From Okeania sp. (GTDB taxonomy: Bacteria > Cyanobacteriota > Cyanobacteriia > Cyanobacteriales > Microcoleaceae): a stretch of DNA of 20,792 bases. The notes under the pieces are model-generated. The model ran no database searches. It was given only the letters and a program-made list of their open reading frames with translations, and was not told the DNA's origin. The translations under genes and the position numbers were made by a program. How positions within the stretch are numbered: the stretch's first letter is position 1; each line of letters starts with the position of its first letter. The stretch is taken from positions 1-20,792 of the forward strand of contig NZ_JAYKGW010000008.1 of assembly GCF_035285525.1 (NCBI RefSeq), in the 5' to 3' direction. Below are positions 1 to 8,323 of this stretch, piece by piece.

Positions 1-382
1 CAGGTTCAGCAGAAATATAACCATTATCAATAATATTTCCGGCATCATCTAATACTTGATAATTTACTTTAATTTGTTTTACAGTTTGACAACTTTTATT
101 TGCTACTTTGCCTGTTAAAAAATTCCCATCATAGTTAACATTACTAATGGGTATTTCTGTAGCTTTAATTTCCTCGGAATTACAACTAACTTTTGTTGTT
201 TCATTGATAGTTTCTTGGTTGCCACAAAGATTAACTAAATTAATAGTTTTTCCCTCTGAAGTTTTCATATAACAAATTGGGTTGTCAAGCTCAGAATAAT
301 TCTGAGCTAACAAAGAACTACTTGTAAAACTCCAAGATAAAAAAGCTAGTATGAAAATTTTAGTCAGAGATAAATTCTTCAT
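1..382 (-). CDS. Secreted hypothetical protein, partial (3' end runs off the left window edge)
   Basis: Absent from the supplied track because it has no stop in the window. My reverse-complement translation from the ATG at 382-380 stays open to position 1: MKNLSLTKIFILAFLSWSFTSSSLLAQNYSELDNPICYMKTSEGKTINLVNLCGNQETINETTKVSCNSEEIKATEIPISNVNYDGNFLTGKVANKSCQTVKQIKVNYQVLDDAGNIIDNGYISAEP. The N-terminus looks like a Sec signal peptide (basic n-region, hydrophobic core, LLA/Q). Four Cys in the visible mature part. It starts 19 nt after the stop of the amine oxidase gene on the same strand. Confidence 0.6.
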   Translation of the reverse strand, partial: MKNLSLTKIFILAFLSWSFTSSSLLAQNYSELDNPICYMKTSEGKTINLVNLCGNQETINETTKVSCNSEEIKATEIPISNVNYDGNFLTGKVANKSCQTVKQIKVNYQVLDDAGNIIDNGYISAEP

Positions 383-401
383 AATTAACCCATTTTTCAA
401 C

Positions 402-2117
402 CTAATTAATTAGTGGCAAACCCCGATTTTGGCGAACATTCTTAGCTGTAGGTAGTCGGCGACGTTTAATTTGATTTTCCGACTGTACAGACTGTTTAAT
501 TCTTAAAGCTTCAGTAGTTGCTGTTAAACCCAAATCATCTAAAATTTCTATCGCAGCAACTTCCCCACTATCACAACCACCTTCCATCCAACCTTGATAT
601 TCTAAAGAAGTGTGTTCTCCCGCAAAAAATATATTCCCTACACGCTCTCCCTCTATACCATAAAACCGCGTCCACTGCCCTGGAGTGTAACACAAATAAG
701 AACCACGGACAAAAGGATCTCCAGGCCAATAACTGCGAATTGCTTGGGATGGAATTGCCACACTACTGATACCAGGAAAAACAAGTTCTAGTTGAGAATT
801 TAACTGTTGAGCATGAACTTCAGCAGTAGCAGCTCCTATTGCTACACCTTGAGTACCACCAATAAACTGCGTCATCAGACCAGGACCTGGAGTGTAACGA
901 CTTTCCGCACTTTCCCAAGTAGCTTGGAATCCTAGATCGGAACGAACATTACCTGTAGAGCTGTAGCGAGTACGCCAAATTTTTTCTTGATAAGCAGTTG
1001 CTAACTTAGAGTTAGTTCCGTAGCCAGTAGTATCTATAGATAACCTTTTCAATGGGGGTAAATCTACATTAAGCTGTATTTGTCGCAGTAAAGTAAATGG
1101 TAATGCCAGCAAAATTCGCTCGTAAGTGCGGTCAAAGGTACTATTACCTGACCTTAATGCTACTTGATATCGACCATCAGGAAGAGAATTAATTGCTTCT
1201 AATATTATTCCAGTTTCAATGGAATTAAAAAGTCTATTTGCCAATTCTATAGGGATTCGTTGATTACCTCCTGCTACATGAAAACGTTCATCACTGGTCC
1301 CAATAATCTCAAATTCTCCTGTTTCAGTACCGATTAAATAGAGTAAGTTAAGACAAGATTGTTGTTCTGCATCAAGACCGTACTCACCGGTGTAACCAAC
1401 TCGGATGATTTGACGAATTATTGATGTAGTTTCTGGTATTCGGTCTAAATATTCCGCGATCGAGAGATTATCTAGTTCTACTGCTGCTGGTGTAGGTTTG
1501 GTATAGTCTTCAAAATCATCGATCGCTTCTAAATCTGCATCAATTTGTGCTGCCACAGGAGCAAAGTCTCTGACTAATTCTTCCATTCCTATTCTACGAC
1601 CTTCAAAAAAGAATGTGTCTTGTGTTTCTAAGCTCTCATCCGCTGCCAACAAGTCTACAAGATTTAATCCTAATTCTTCTGCTATACCACGGAGACAAAC
1701 ATGATCTGTATCTATTAATTCGCCACCCAGTTCTACTGAGAATGGTGTACCTAATGCCTTCTGGGTAGTTAGCATTCTACCACCGACTCTATTTCTAGCT
1801 TCTATCACATTTACTGGCACTCCTGCCTGAGTGAGACGGTAAGCTGCGGTTAATCCGGCAATTCCAGCACCTACTATTAATATGGGTGTAGTTTGAGCCA
1901 TCGCCCTTTCCCCACCCTTATAAAAATTAGAAGCGGCCATTGCTCCAGCAAACCCTAAACCTCCTTGTAACAAACGACGGCGAGTAGTCCGAAATTTACT
2001 ATTTTGGGTTTCTCTCACCATCCCTAATAATTCATCGGTGGGAACGCCTGTTTTGCGTGACATTCTAGCAATTTGGTAGGCATGACGTAATACTTTCATT
2101 AAGGAAGATTTAGTCAT
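402..2117 (-). CDS. FAD-dependent flavin amine oxidase / L-amino-acid-oxidase-like protein with twin-arginine (Tat) signal
   Basis: Rossmann dinucleotide-binding motif ILIVGAGIAGLTAAYRL followed by VIEARNRVGGR. C-terminal FFAGEHTS motif typical of the flavin amine oxidase family. Twin-arginine motif TRRRLLQGGLGFAGAMAA ending in AMAQ. The RR motif sits 45 residues into the longest ORF. The in-frame Met at 2021 (MVRETQNSKFRTTRRRLL) would give a canonical Tat n-region, so the true start may be 2021. Confidence 0.85.
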   Translation of the reverse strand: MTKSSLMKVLRHAYQIARMSRKTGVPTDELLGMVRETQNSKFRTTRRRLLQGGLGFAGAMAASNFYKGGERAMAQTTPILIVGAGIAGLTAAYRLTQAGVPVNVIEARNRVGGRMLTTQKALGTPFSVELGGELIDTDHVCLRGIAEELGLNLVDLLAADESLETQDTFFFEGRRIGMEELVRDFAPVAAQIDADLEAIDDFEDYTKPTPAAVELDNLSIAEYLDRIPETTSIIRQIIRVGYTGEYGLDAEQQSCLNLLYLIGTETGEFEIIGTSDERFHVAGGNQRIPIELANRLFNSIETGIILEAINSLPDGRYQVALRSGNSTFDRTYERILLALPFTLLRQIQLNVDLPPLKRLSIDTTGYGTNSKLATAYQEKIWRTRYSSTGNVRSDLGFQATWESAESRYTPGPGLMTQFIGGTQGVAIGAATAEVHAQQLNSQLELVFPGISSVAIPSQAIRSYWPGDPFVRGSYLCYTPGQWTRFYGIEGERVGNIFFAGEHTSLEYQGWMEGGCDSGEVAAIEILDDLGLTATTEALRIKQSVQSENQIKRRRLPTAKNVRQNRGLPLIN

Positions 2118-2234
2118 AATTAATGTCCTTTAATTCTTAAATATAAATTTTTAATTTCAAGCATAAATTAATAGATTGTAGTAAGATAACATTACTTAGG
2201 TTAAACTGTAAACTCAAAAATAAAATTTTAAGAA

Positions 2235-3119
2235 ATGTTAACTATTGATACTCTATTTGATGAAAATTTTTATTTGGCTTCAAATCCTGATGTAGTAGAT
2301 GAAATTGCTGGGGGAAATTTCGTTAGTGGGTTAGACCATTTTCTGAATGTGGGTCAATTTGAAAATCGCGACCCCAATGCTTTATTTGATACGAGTTTTT
2401 ATATAGAAACTAATACTGGGGTAATTGGTGCTGTTGAGATAGGTGCTTTCACAGCGGTAGAACATTTTTTACAGTTTGGTCAATTTGAATTTCGCGATCC
2501 TAGTCCGGTTTTTAATACTGCTTTTTATCTCTCAGATACTGAATTAGCTACAGCTTTAGAATCATCAAATTTAAGACCTTATGAACATTTTATTAGGTTC
2601 GGTCAATTTGAAAATCGTGACTCTACTTTTTTGTTTGATACTGAATTTTATTTGAGCCAAAATCCTGATGTAGTGGAGTTACTAAATACGGGAATATTTG
2701 CTAGTGCAATTCAACATTATGTTTTAGTTGGTTTACCAGAAAATCGTTTGAGTACCGCTCCAGAGATTGAAGATAATTTGTTAGATATTACTGGTAATTT
2801 GGGTGTGTTAGGAACGGCTGCCGTTAATGATTTTGTGGGTGATGGAAATCGGGCTGATATTTATAGTTTTATTTTAAATACTCCTAGTAGTTTAGATGTA
2901 GTTTTAGGTGGTTTAAGTGCAGATGCAGATATAGAATTAATTGAGGATATTAATAGTAATCGAGTTGTAGAAGGTTTAGAGGTGTTTGCTGAGTCGAGAA
3001 ATGTTGGTATTGTTGATGAGAGAATAGTTGTTGATTCTTTGCCAGAAGGTAATTATTTTGTCAGAGTTTCTCAGTTTAATGGTGATACAAATTATACCTT
3101 GTCTTTAGAAGCTAATTAG
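2235..3119 (+). CDS. Repeat protein: four ~45-50 aa FY/NPDV/GQFENRD modules plus a C-terminal pre-peptidase (PPC)-like beta domain
   Basis: Four modules of the form FDxxFYLxxNPDVVxx...HFLxxGQFENRDPxxLF are visible in the translation, in the first ~170 residues. The C-terminal ~100 aa (DIYSFILNTPSSLDVVLGGLSADADIELIED...LPEGNYFVRVSQFNGDTNYTLSL) matches the pattern I know from bacterial PPC domains. No obvious N-terminal signal peptide. Confidence 0.7.
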   Translation: MLTIDTLFDENFYLASNPDVVDEIAGGNFVSGLDHFLNVGQFENRDPNALFDTSFYIETNTGVIGAVEIGAFTAVEHFLQFGQFEFRDPSPVFNTAFYLSDTELATALESSNLRPYEHFIRFGQFENRDSTFLFDTEFYLSQNPDVVELLNTGIFASAIQHYVLVGLPENRLSTAPEIEDNLLDITGNLGVLGTAAVNDFVGDGNRADIYSFILNTPSSLDVVLGGLSADADIELIEDINSNRVVEGLEVFAESRNVGIVDERIVVDSLPEGNYFVRVSQFNGDTNYTLSLEAN

Positions 3120-3124
3120 ATCAT

Positions 3125-3169
3125 GACTTACGCAGATGAACCCAGAAACCCGGTTTCTTTGCGTAAGTC
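3125..3169. repeat. Nested hairpin repeat (GACTTACGCA ... TGCGTAAGTC enclosing AGAAACCCGGTTTCT)
   Basis: 10-bp perfect inverted repeat, 3125-3134 and 3160-3169. The loop holds a second palindrome, AGAAACC-C-GGTTTCT. It lies 6 nt after the stop of the 2235-3119 gene. There is no U-tract, so it looks more like a dispersed Nostocales-type hairpin repeat than a canonical terminator. Related fragments (AGGACTTAC at about 7301, AAACCGGGTTTG at about 9717) occur elsewhere in the window. Confidence 0.6.
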
Positions 3170-3442
3170 CTATAGATAATGGATAATGGATAATTGATAA
3201 TTACAGCAGCTCTCGTTTCGGTAAACCACATTAGGAACGTTGCATAAGCGCGTCCCTACAAGATTTTGGTTATAGATCCGGTGGTTTGTCCATTTGAAAA
3301 GCGCTGTAATCTATGAGACCAACACAACTAAAGCAAAAGAGTAAGCAGGGAGCAGGGAGCAGCGATCACCGAGAAAGAATTGATTATTTTTTTGGGGATA
3401 ATTGATTTATAGTAGATTAGGTCAAGCTGTTAATTACCCTAG

Positions 3443-4303
3443 TTAATTATATCTACCTAAAAAAAATTCTTGTAATGTTTTTAGATAGCGATCGCCACCT
3501 ACTTGACTCAAGTTATTATGTCCAGCATCTGGTAATAATACCAGTTTTTTCGGTTCGGGTGCAGCAGCAAATAATTTTTGACTCATAGTTACAGGTATAA
3601 CTTTGTCCTCCATACCATGAATAAATAAGACTGGCACTTTTATTGATTTGATTTTGTTAATGAAGTCAAATTTTTGTGTCACCACCAACTTCAAAGGAAA
3701 TATCTGGATTCTGCGTCTGTATTGAGCCATATCTTTAATGGAAGTAAAGCAACCTTCAGCTATCAACCCTGCTGCTTTTGGTTGTTGTAAACAGAGATCG
3801 ACAGCGATCGCTCCTCCCAGAGAGTGTCCGTAAACAAAAATCTCTTCTGGTGAAAAACCTTTTTCTTGAATCAAATAATTCCAAGCTATGGCAGCATCTT
3901 CATAAACTCTCGTTTCTCTAGGAAATCGCCCTTGACTATTACCGTATCCCCGATAATCAATCATAAACACCGAAAACCCTAGCTGATATAGTTTTGCTAC
4001 TCGCTCAAGATTGCAACTTTTTTCATTAGCTGCCATGTTACCACTGGCACCATGTAGGAAGAGAATAACTCTATTGGTGGGTTCAGTTTGGGGAATCCAC
4101 CAACCGGATATTTGTTCGGTCTGGTTGTGAGCAGTTGTAACTGATAACCAAACTTCTTCGTAAGGAAGATTAAAAGTAGCAGGGGTAGCTAATACCAATG
4201 ATTTAGGTTCAAATATCAATCGGTTTTGCAGTAATCTTAATAACATAAAGCCAGAGAAATAAATACTTGCTAAACCCATTAAAGAAGTTTGAAAAATACT
4301 CAT
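3443..4303 (-). CDS. Alpha/beta hydrolase (serine hydrolase, N-terminal membrane anchor)
   Basis: Nucleophile elbow GHSLGG, HGASGN oxyanion region, a candidate acid residue in GMEDKVIP and a candidate His in DAGHNN. Hydrophobic N-terminus LMGLASIYFSGFMLLRLL. Confidence 0.85.
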   Translation of the reverse strand: MSIFQTSLMGLASIYFSGFMLLRLLQNRLIFEPKSLVLATPATFNLPYEEVWLSVTTAHNQTEQISGWWIPQTEPTNRVILFLHGASGNMAANEKSCNLERVAKLYQLGFSVFMIDYRGYGNSQGRFPRETRVYEDAAIAWNYLIQEKGFSPEEIFVYGHSLGGAIAVDLCLQQPKAAGLIAEGCFTSIKDMAQYRRRIQIFPLKLVVTQKFDFINKIKSIKVPVLFIHGMEDKVIPVTMSQKLFAAAPEPKKLVLLPDAGHNNLSQVGGDRYLKTLQEFFLGRYN

Positions 4304-4498
4304 TTTTGAAACTATACTTCATTTATTATTTACAACAAAATAATATGACAACTAGGAATGATTTATAAGTTCGTTAAGAACAATCAAGATAAATCAAAAT
4401 CTTTATTAGATTCTGACTCTTGATTCCTGATTGCTATATCTATCTAGCTCTAATGAAGCTGATAGCTGATGGCTGACTGCTGAATGCTTACTGAAGAA

Positions 4499-5125
4499 TT
4501 AAGATTTTCTAGTATTCTGTAGTTTTTTAACAGCCCGAATTAGATGAACCAAGTATGGCTTAATAATATCTTGATTTAGTTCTTTTAACTTAGTTATTTG
4601 TGCTTGTAATTCTTCTTGAGAAGTATTGTTTGTTGACTCTAAATCAAACTCTATACTGTTCTGTAAATATGTAGCTAAATCTTTTAATGATTGTATTTCT
4701 TCTTCAATATCTGAAAATTTAATATTTATTGCTTCCCAATCTTCTTTTGTAATTGTATTGTATTCAAAGTTTGATTGATTTAGAGGAGAATTTAGAGAGG
4801 ATTCTGGAGCTTTTTCAAGAATTGTTTTTCCTAGTAATTCTAATTGTTTAAAAGCTAAGTTCATATCTGTTTTTAATTCTACTATTTCATTGTTTTCGTT
4901 ATTAGTTTGTTTGTTAACTTTTTCTTCAAATATTTTGCGATTAATTCTATTCAAAAATAATGCCAATGTTATCGGAGCTACAGCCAATAAAATTTCTTGA
5001 AAGAACCAGCCAAAAAATGAACCAAACGCTGAAGCCCATAAAGCACTATGTTCTACTATTTCTAGCCAATTAAGCTGATTTTGGGGATTGTTTGAAACTT
5101 TTGATGATATTTCTCTATTTTCCAT
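4499..5125 (-). CDS. Hypothetical membrane protein with C-terminal coiled-coil-like region
   Basis: 208-aa ORF. Hydrophobic stretch ALWASAFGSFFGWFFQEILLAVAPITLALFL, then a long E/K/L/N/Q-rich helical region. I recognise no family motif. Repeat ends of the GTAAGCATT family flank it on both sides. Confidence 0.55.
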   Translation of the reverse strand: MENREISSKVSNNPQNQLNWLEIVEHSALWASAFGSFFGWFFQEILLAVAPITLALFLNRINRKIFEEKVNKQTNNENNEIVELKTDMNLAFKQLELLGKTILEKAPESSLNSPLNQSNFEYNTITKEDWEAINIKFSDIEEEIQSLKDLATYLQNSIEFDLESTNNTSQEELQAQITKLKELNQDIIKPYLVHLIRAVKKLQNTRKS

Positions 5126-5158
5126 AAATATTAGATCCCCATTATTATGTGTTTAGTT

Positions 5159-5235
5159 GTAAGCATTCAGCTATTAGCCGTCAGCTAGCTAATGTCTGAC
5201 GGCTGTTTGCGCAGCATTCCGTAGGAAATGCTTAC
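5159..5235. repeat. 77-bp miniature copy of the GTAAGCATT-terminated repeat family
   Basis: GTAAGCATTCAGCTATTAGCCGTCAGC...CTGACGGCTGTTTGCGCAGCATTCCGTAGGAAATGCTTAC. The termini are inverted (GTAAGCATT / AATGCTTAC) and there is an internal AGCCGTCAG / CTGACGGCT hairpin. Both ends match the ends of the 180-bp copy at 19874-20053. Confidence 0.7.
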
Positions 5236-5440
5236 CTTAATAGATTAATACAAATTTTTATCCAGGTATTTTATCATAACTTGTTGTGTAAAATTATATC
5301 TTAACAATTATTCATATTTACTCTCAGTAGTTAATAATGAAGTATTTGCTCAACCCCCTCTTTTAAAGGTAAGACAGAATAATTAGAGGAAAAAAACGTA
5401 TTTTTGATAACCGGATTTGATATAATAATTAGTCAGCATT

Positions 5441-5618
5441 CAGTTATTAGCCGTTAGCTTGAGCGCCAACCCTATCTAAACCTTAAAATGGCTTTAATGA
5501 ATATAATGTTTAAAGTCGGATTTGATAGCAAGATTCAATTTACTTCAACTAACTAAAACTTTTTTTTTAACTTAAAATAAATAGCTGACTGCTAAATGCT
5601 GAATGCTGAATGCTTATA
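5441..5618. repeat. MITE-like repeat, same family (degenerate termini)
   Basis: Left end GTCAGCATTCAGTTATTAGCCGTTAGC. Right end ATAGCTGACTGCTAAATGCTGAATGCTGAATGCTTAT. Heptamer-periodic arms. It ends about 17 nt before the ATG of the GIY-YIG gene. Confidence 0.55.
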
Positions 5619-5634
5619 ATAACTGATAACTGAA

Positions 5635-6183
5635 ATGACTAATACTGAAATACAAATACCAGAATTATCCCAATTAGAATATTTACCTTATATTGATTCT
5701 GAAGGAAATTTACCATCATTATTACAAGGAAAAATTGGTGTTTATGGAATTTTTGACCAGGAAAAAGAATTACTATTTGTCGGTTATTCTCGTGATGTAT
5801 ATCAGAGTTTGAAACAACATTTAGTTCGTCAACCTAATAGTTGTTATTGGCTAAAAGTGCAAACTATTGAACGCCCAAATCGAAGTATATTAGAAAATAT
5901 AAAAACAGCTTGGATTAATCAAAATGGTTCCCTACCTATTGGCAATGGTGCAGCAGAAGCAAAATGGAATCAACCTATAGATACTAAACAAGAAATGACT
6001 GAAACAGAAAAAGTACAATATCAAGATCCATTAATTGATGAAGTTGCCAAAGAAAAACTATTAAAAAATATAGCTAGGCGAGTAGAAGCTAATATTTTAG
6101 AAGTATTAAAAAATCGAGGTTTACAAGAAAATATTCGTTTCAATCCTAAGTTAAAAAGCAGTGGTTTATTAGATTTGAAGTAA
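5635..6183 (+). CDS. GIY-YIG domain protein
   Basis: GVYGIFDQEKELLFVGYSRDVYQSLKQHL matches the GIY...YIG signature spacing. 182-aa ORF; the C-terminal half is acidic/basic and helical. Confidence 0.7.
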   Translation: MTNTEIQIPELSQLEYLPYIDSEGNLPSLLQGKIGVYGIFDQEKELLFVGYSRDVYQSLKQHLVRQPNSCYWLKVQTIERPNRSILENIKTAWINQNGSLPIGNGAAEAKWNQPIDTKQEMTETEKVQYQDPLIDEVAKEKLLKNIARRVEANILEVLKNRGLQENIRFNPKLKSSGLLDLK

Positions 6184-6198
6184 GCATTTTCTACTTCC

Positions 6199-6372
6199 TA
6201 GATAATGATTTATGAAAAAAATTGTAGGGTTTGGGTCTCCCAAGTCAAACCAAAATATTAGGAAGAATAAATCAAACTAAATATATAGATAATGATTTAT
6301 GAAAAAAATTGTAGGGTTTGGGTCTCCCAAGGCAAACCAAAATATTAGGAAGAATAAATCAAGCTAAATATA
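6199..6372. repeat. Two tandem copies of an 87-bp unit
   Basis: Unit 1 (6199-6285) and unit 2 (6286-6372) differ at two positions (CAAGTCAAACC vs CAAGGCAAACC; ATCAAACT vs ATCAAGCT). The same 12-mer, TTTTCTACT(T/C)CC, precedes the pair and follows it. Each unit contains GTAGGGTTTGGGTCTCCCAAG, which recurs in reverse complement at about 8187-8208. (TAATACC)x3 follows at 6385-6407, ending 4 nt before the xth ATG. Confidence 0.9.
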
Positions 6373-6411
6373 TTTTCTACTCCCTAATACCTAATACCTA
6401 ATACCTAAATT

Positions 6412-7197
6412 ATGAAAATAGCTACTTGGAATGTAAATTCAATTCGCACTCGTCAAGAACAAGTTATAGAATGGTTAAAAGTAAATTCAGTTGACGTTCT
6501 TTGCTTACAAGAAACTAAAGTTATTGACCAAGATTTTCCGCGATCGCCTTTTGCAAAATTAGGCTATCATGTTTATATTTCTGGTCAGAAATCTTACAAT
6601 GGTGTGGCAATTTTTAGCCGTTCCCCAATGCAAGATGTTACTAATGGATTTGCACCTATTTTAGGTGATAATAAAGTCGGAGATTTTGACATACAAAAGC
6701 GCTTAATTACTGGAATAATAAATGATGTTTGTATTCTTAATCTTTATGTTCCCAATGGTGCTAGCGTCGGTAGTGAAAAATATGTTTATAAACTTCATTG
6801 GTTAAAATTATTGCAAGAATATGTTAAAGTAGTTCTTGATAAAACACCAAATTTATGTATCTGTGGCGATTTTAATATTGTCCCAGAAGATCGAGACATT
6901 TACGATCCAGAAGGTTGTAAAAATTCTGTAGGATTATCTGATGCGGAACGGCAAGCTTTACAGCAAATTCTCAAGTTAGGATTAGTTGATGCTTTTCGTC
7001 AGTTTACCACCGAAGGAGGTCATTATAGTTGGTGGGATTATAGAGCAGCAAGTTTTCGCCGTAATCGTGGTTGGCGTATTGACCATCATTATTTGAGTTT
7101 ACCCCTTTCTCAAAAAGCAATCAGTTGTATCATCGACAAATCTCCCAGACAGTTACCAAAACCTAGCGATCATGCACCAGTTATTGTGGAATTTTGA
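6412..7197 (+). CDS. xth: Exodeoxyribonuclease III (AP endonuclease)
   Basis: MKIATWNVNSIRTR...LCLQETK...NLYVPNG...GDFNIVPEDRD...WWDYR...RIDHH...SDHAPV. All the canonical ExoIII/EEP family blocks are present, at the typical 261-aa length. Confidence 0.95.
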   Translation: MKIATWNVNSIRTRQEQVIEWLKVNSVDVLCLQETKVIDQDFPRSPFAKLGYHVYISGQKSYNGVAIFSRSPMQDVTNGFAPILGDNKVGDFDIQKRLITGIINDVCILNLYVPNGASVGSEKYVYKLHWLKLLQEYVKVVLDKTPNLCICGDFNIVPEDRDIYDPEGCKNSVGLSDAERQALQQILKLGLVDAFRQFTTEGGHYSWWDYRAASFRRNRGWRIDHHYLSLPLSQKAISCIIDKSPRQLPKPSDHAPVIVEF

Positions 7198-7202
7198 AGG
7201 CA

Positions 7203-7262
7203 GGAAGAAGGAAGAAGGAAGAAGGAAGAAGGAAGAAGGAAGAAGGAAGAAGGAAGAAGGAA
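7203..7262. repeat. STRR-type heptamer array (GGAAGAA) x8 plus a partial unit
   Basis: Eight perfect GGAAGAA units read directly from the sequence, starting 6 nt after the xth stop. Confidence 0.95.
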
Positions 7263-7342
7263 ATGGCAACAAATAAACTTTGAAATTAACAGGACTTACC
7301 CATCAACGCTATTAGTAGTGGACTGACAAAGCTAAAGCCTTG

Positions 7343-7405
7343 TAGGGGCGGGTTTCACTATTAAGTTAACGAGTTTTCACACTAAGTCAGATAAACCCGC
7401 CCCTA
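7343..7405. repeat. Hairpin repeat TAGGGGCGGGTTT - 37 nt - AAACCCGCCCCTA
   Basis: 13-bp perfect GC-rich inverted repeat (7343-7355 and 7393-7405) in the xth / nitroreductase spacer. No U-tract follows it. Confidence 0.8.
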
Positions 7406-7549
7406 TCCCATGCACCATTATATAATGATAAAATTATGCCGATGACTGGTGGTACGCGAAATCATAATCAAATATACCTGAAGTTCAACCAAGATATGTT
7501 ACCTTAACATAAATTATTCAGTCTTATAGTGGAGGTAAGTCAGAAGTTA

Positions 7550-8146
7550 ATGGAAAAACCAGCAGATAATCAATATCCAATCAACGAGTTACTCAAACAA
7601 CGTTGGAGTTCTCTAGCTTTTGCTGAGAAAATGGTTGACTCACAAGTATTACTTTCGCTTCTAGAAGCAGCACGATGGTCTCCTTCTTCTTTTAATGAGC
7701 AACCTTGGAGTTTCATAGTTACCACTAAAGAAAACCCCACTGAATATGATCGCCTTCTTAGTTGTTTAGCACCAGGAAATCAACCTTGGGCAAGTCTTGC
7801 TCCAGTGTTAATGATATCTGTTGCTAAACTTTTCTTTGACAGAAATAATAAACCCAATAGACACGCTTTTCACGATGTAGGTTTAGCAGTTGCTAGCTTA
7901 ACTTTTCAAGCAACAGAAATGGGTTTGAGAGTTCGTCAAATGGCAGGTTTTGATCTTGATAAAGCGCGAGAATTATATAGAATATCAGAACAGTATGAAC
8001 CAGTAACAGCTATAGCTATTGGTTATCCAGGAGAACCGGAGATTTTGCCTGAGTCTTTACGGGAGAGGGAACTGTCTCCCCGCAGTCGTAAACCTATAAG
8101 TTCTTTTGTGTTTACTGGAAAGTGGGGTTCTAGTTCGTATTTGTAG
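7550..8146 (+). CDS. Nitroreductase family protein
   Basis: RWSSLAF...LLEAARWSPSSFNEQPWSF...HDVGLA...IAIGYPG are classic nitroreductase-fold blocks. The track starts at GTG 7529. I prefer ATG 7550 (MEKPADNQYP), which has GGAGG at 7531-7535 upstream. Confidence 0.85.
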   Translation: MEKPADNQYPINELLKQRWSSLAFAEKMVDSQVLLSLLEAARWSPSSFNEQPWSFIVTTKENPTEYDRLLSCLAPGNQPWASLAPVLMISVAKLFFDRNNKPNRHAFHDVGLAVASLTFQATEMGLRVRQMAGFDLDKARELYRISEQYEPVTAIAIGYPGEPEILPESLRERELSPRSRKPISSFVFTGKWGSSSYL

Positions 8147-8323
8147 TCATAGTTTGTAGAGGGTACGGTTCCCCATAAGTTGGAGACCAAACCCCTACGG
8201 AGCATCAATATACTCATACTACCGGGTTTGATATCAGAGATTCAGCAAAGTAACCGATACCTTACTATGTCACAATTCTCTATCATTAATATTATTTATA
8301 GATGTTTATTTTTAATAAGAAAA

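Noticed and set aside
518-769. Track ORFs lying antisense inside longer, motif-supported genes: 518-769, 8023-8217, 8821-9036, 8957-9193, 9866-10120, 10565-10750, 11507-11725, 11577-11783 and 15715-15918.
   Set aside because: Each overlaps, on the opposite strand, a longer ORF with clear family motifs (or, for 15715-15918, the longer SD-preceded 15458-15901 ORF). Their translations are low-complexity or Cys/Arg-rich nonsense typical of antisense frames in AT-rich DNA.
3200-3345. Possible structured small RNA in the convergent spacer between 3119 and 3443: GGTAAACCAC...GTGGTTTGTC long-range pairing around an AGGAACGTTGCATAAGCGCGTCCCT hairpin.
   Set aside because: The inner hairpin belongs to a dispersed hairpin-repeat type seen again at about 13968-13999 and 16507-16520. 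The outer pairing needs two G-U pairs, and I see no promoter or terminator. It is not strong enough to call without transcript data.
8180-8323. TTG-initiated N-terminal extension of the small ORF 8180-8584.
   Set aside because: The extension overlaps a dispersed hairpin repeat (about 8164-8210) and has no coding character. The ATG at 8324, which gives a clean signal-anchor N-terminus, is more plausible. Even the short version is only weakly supported.
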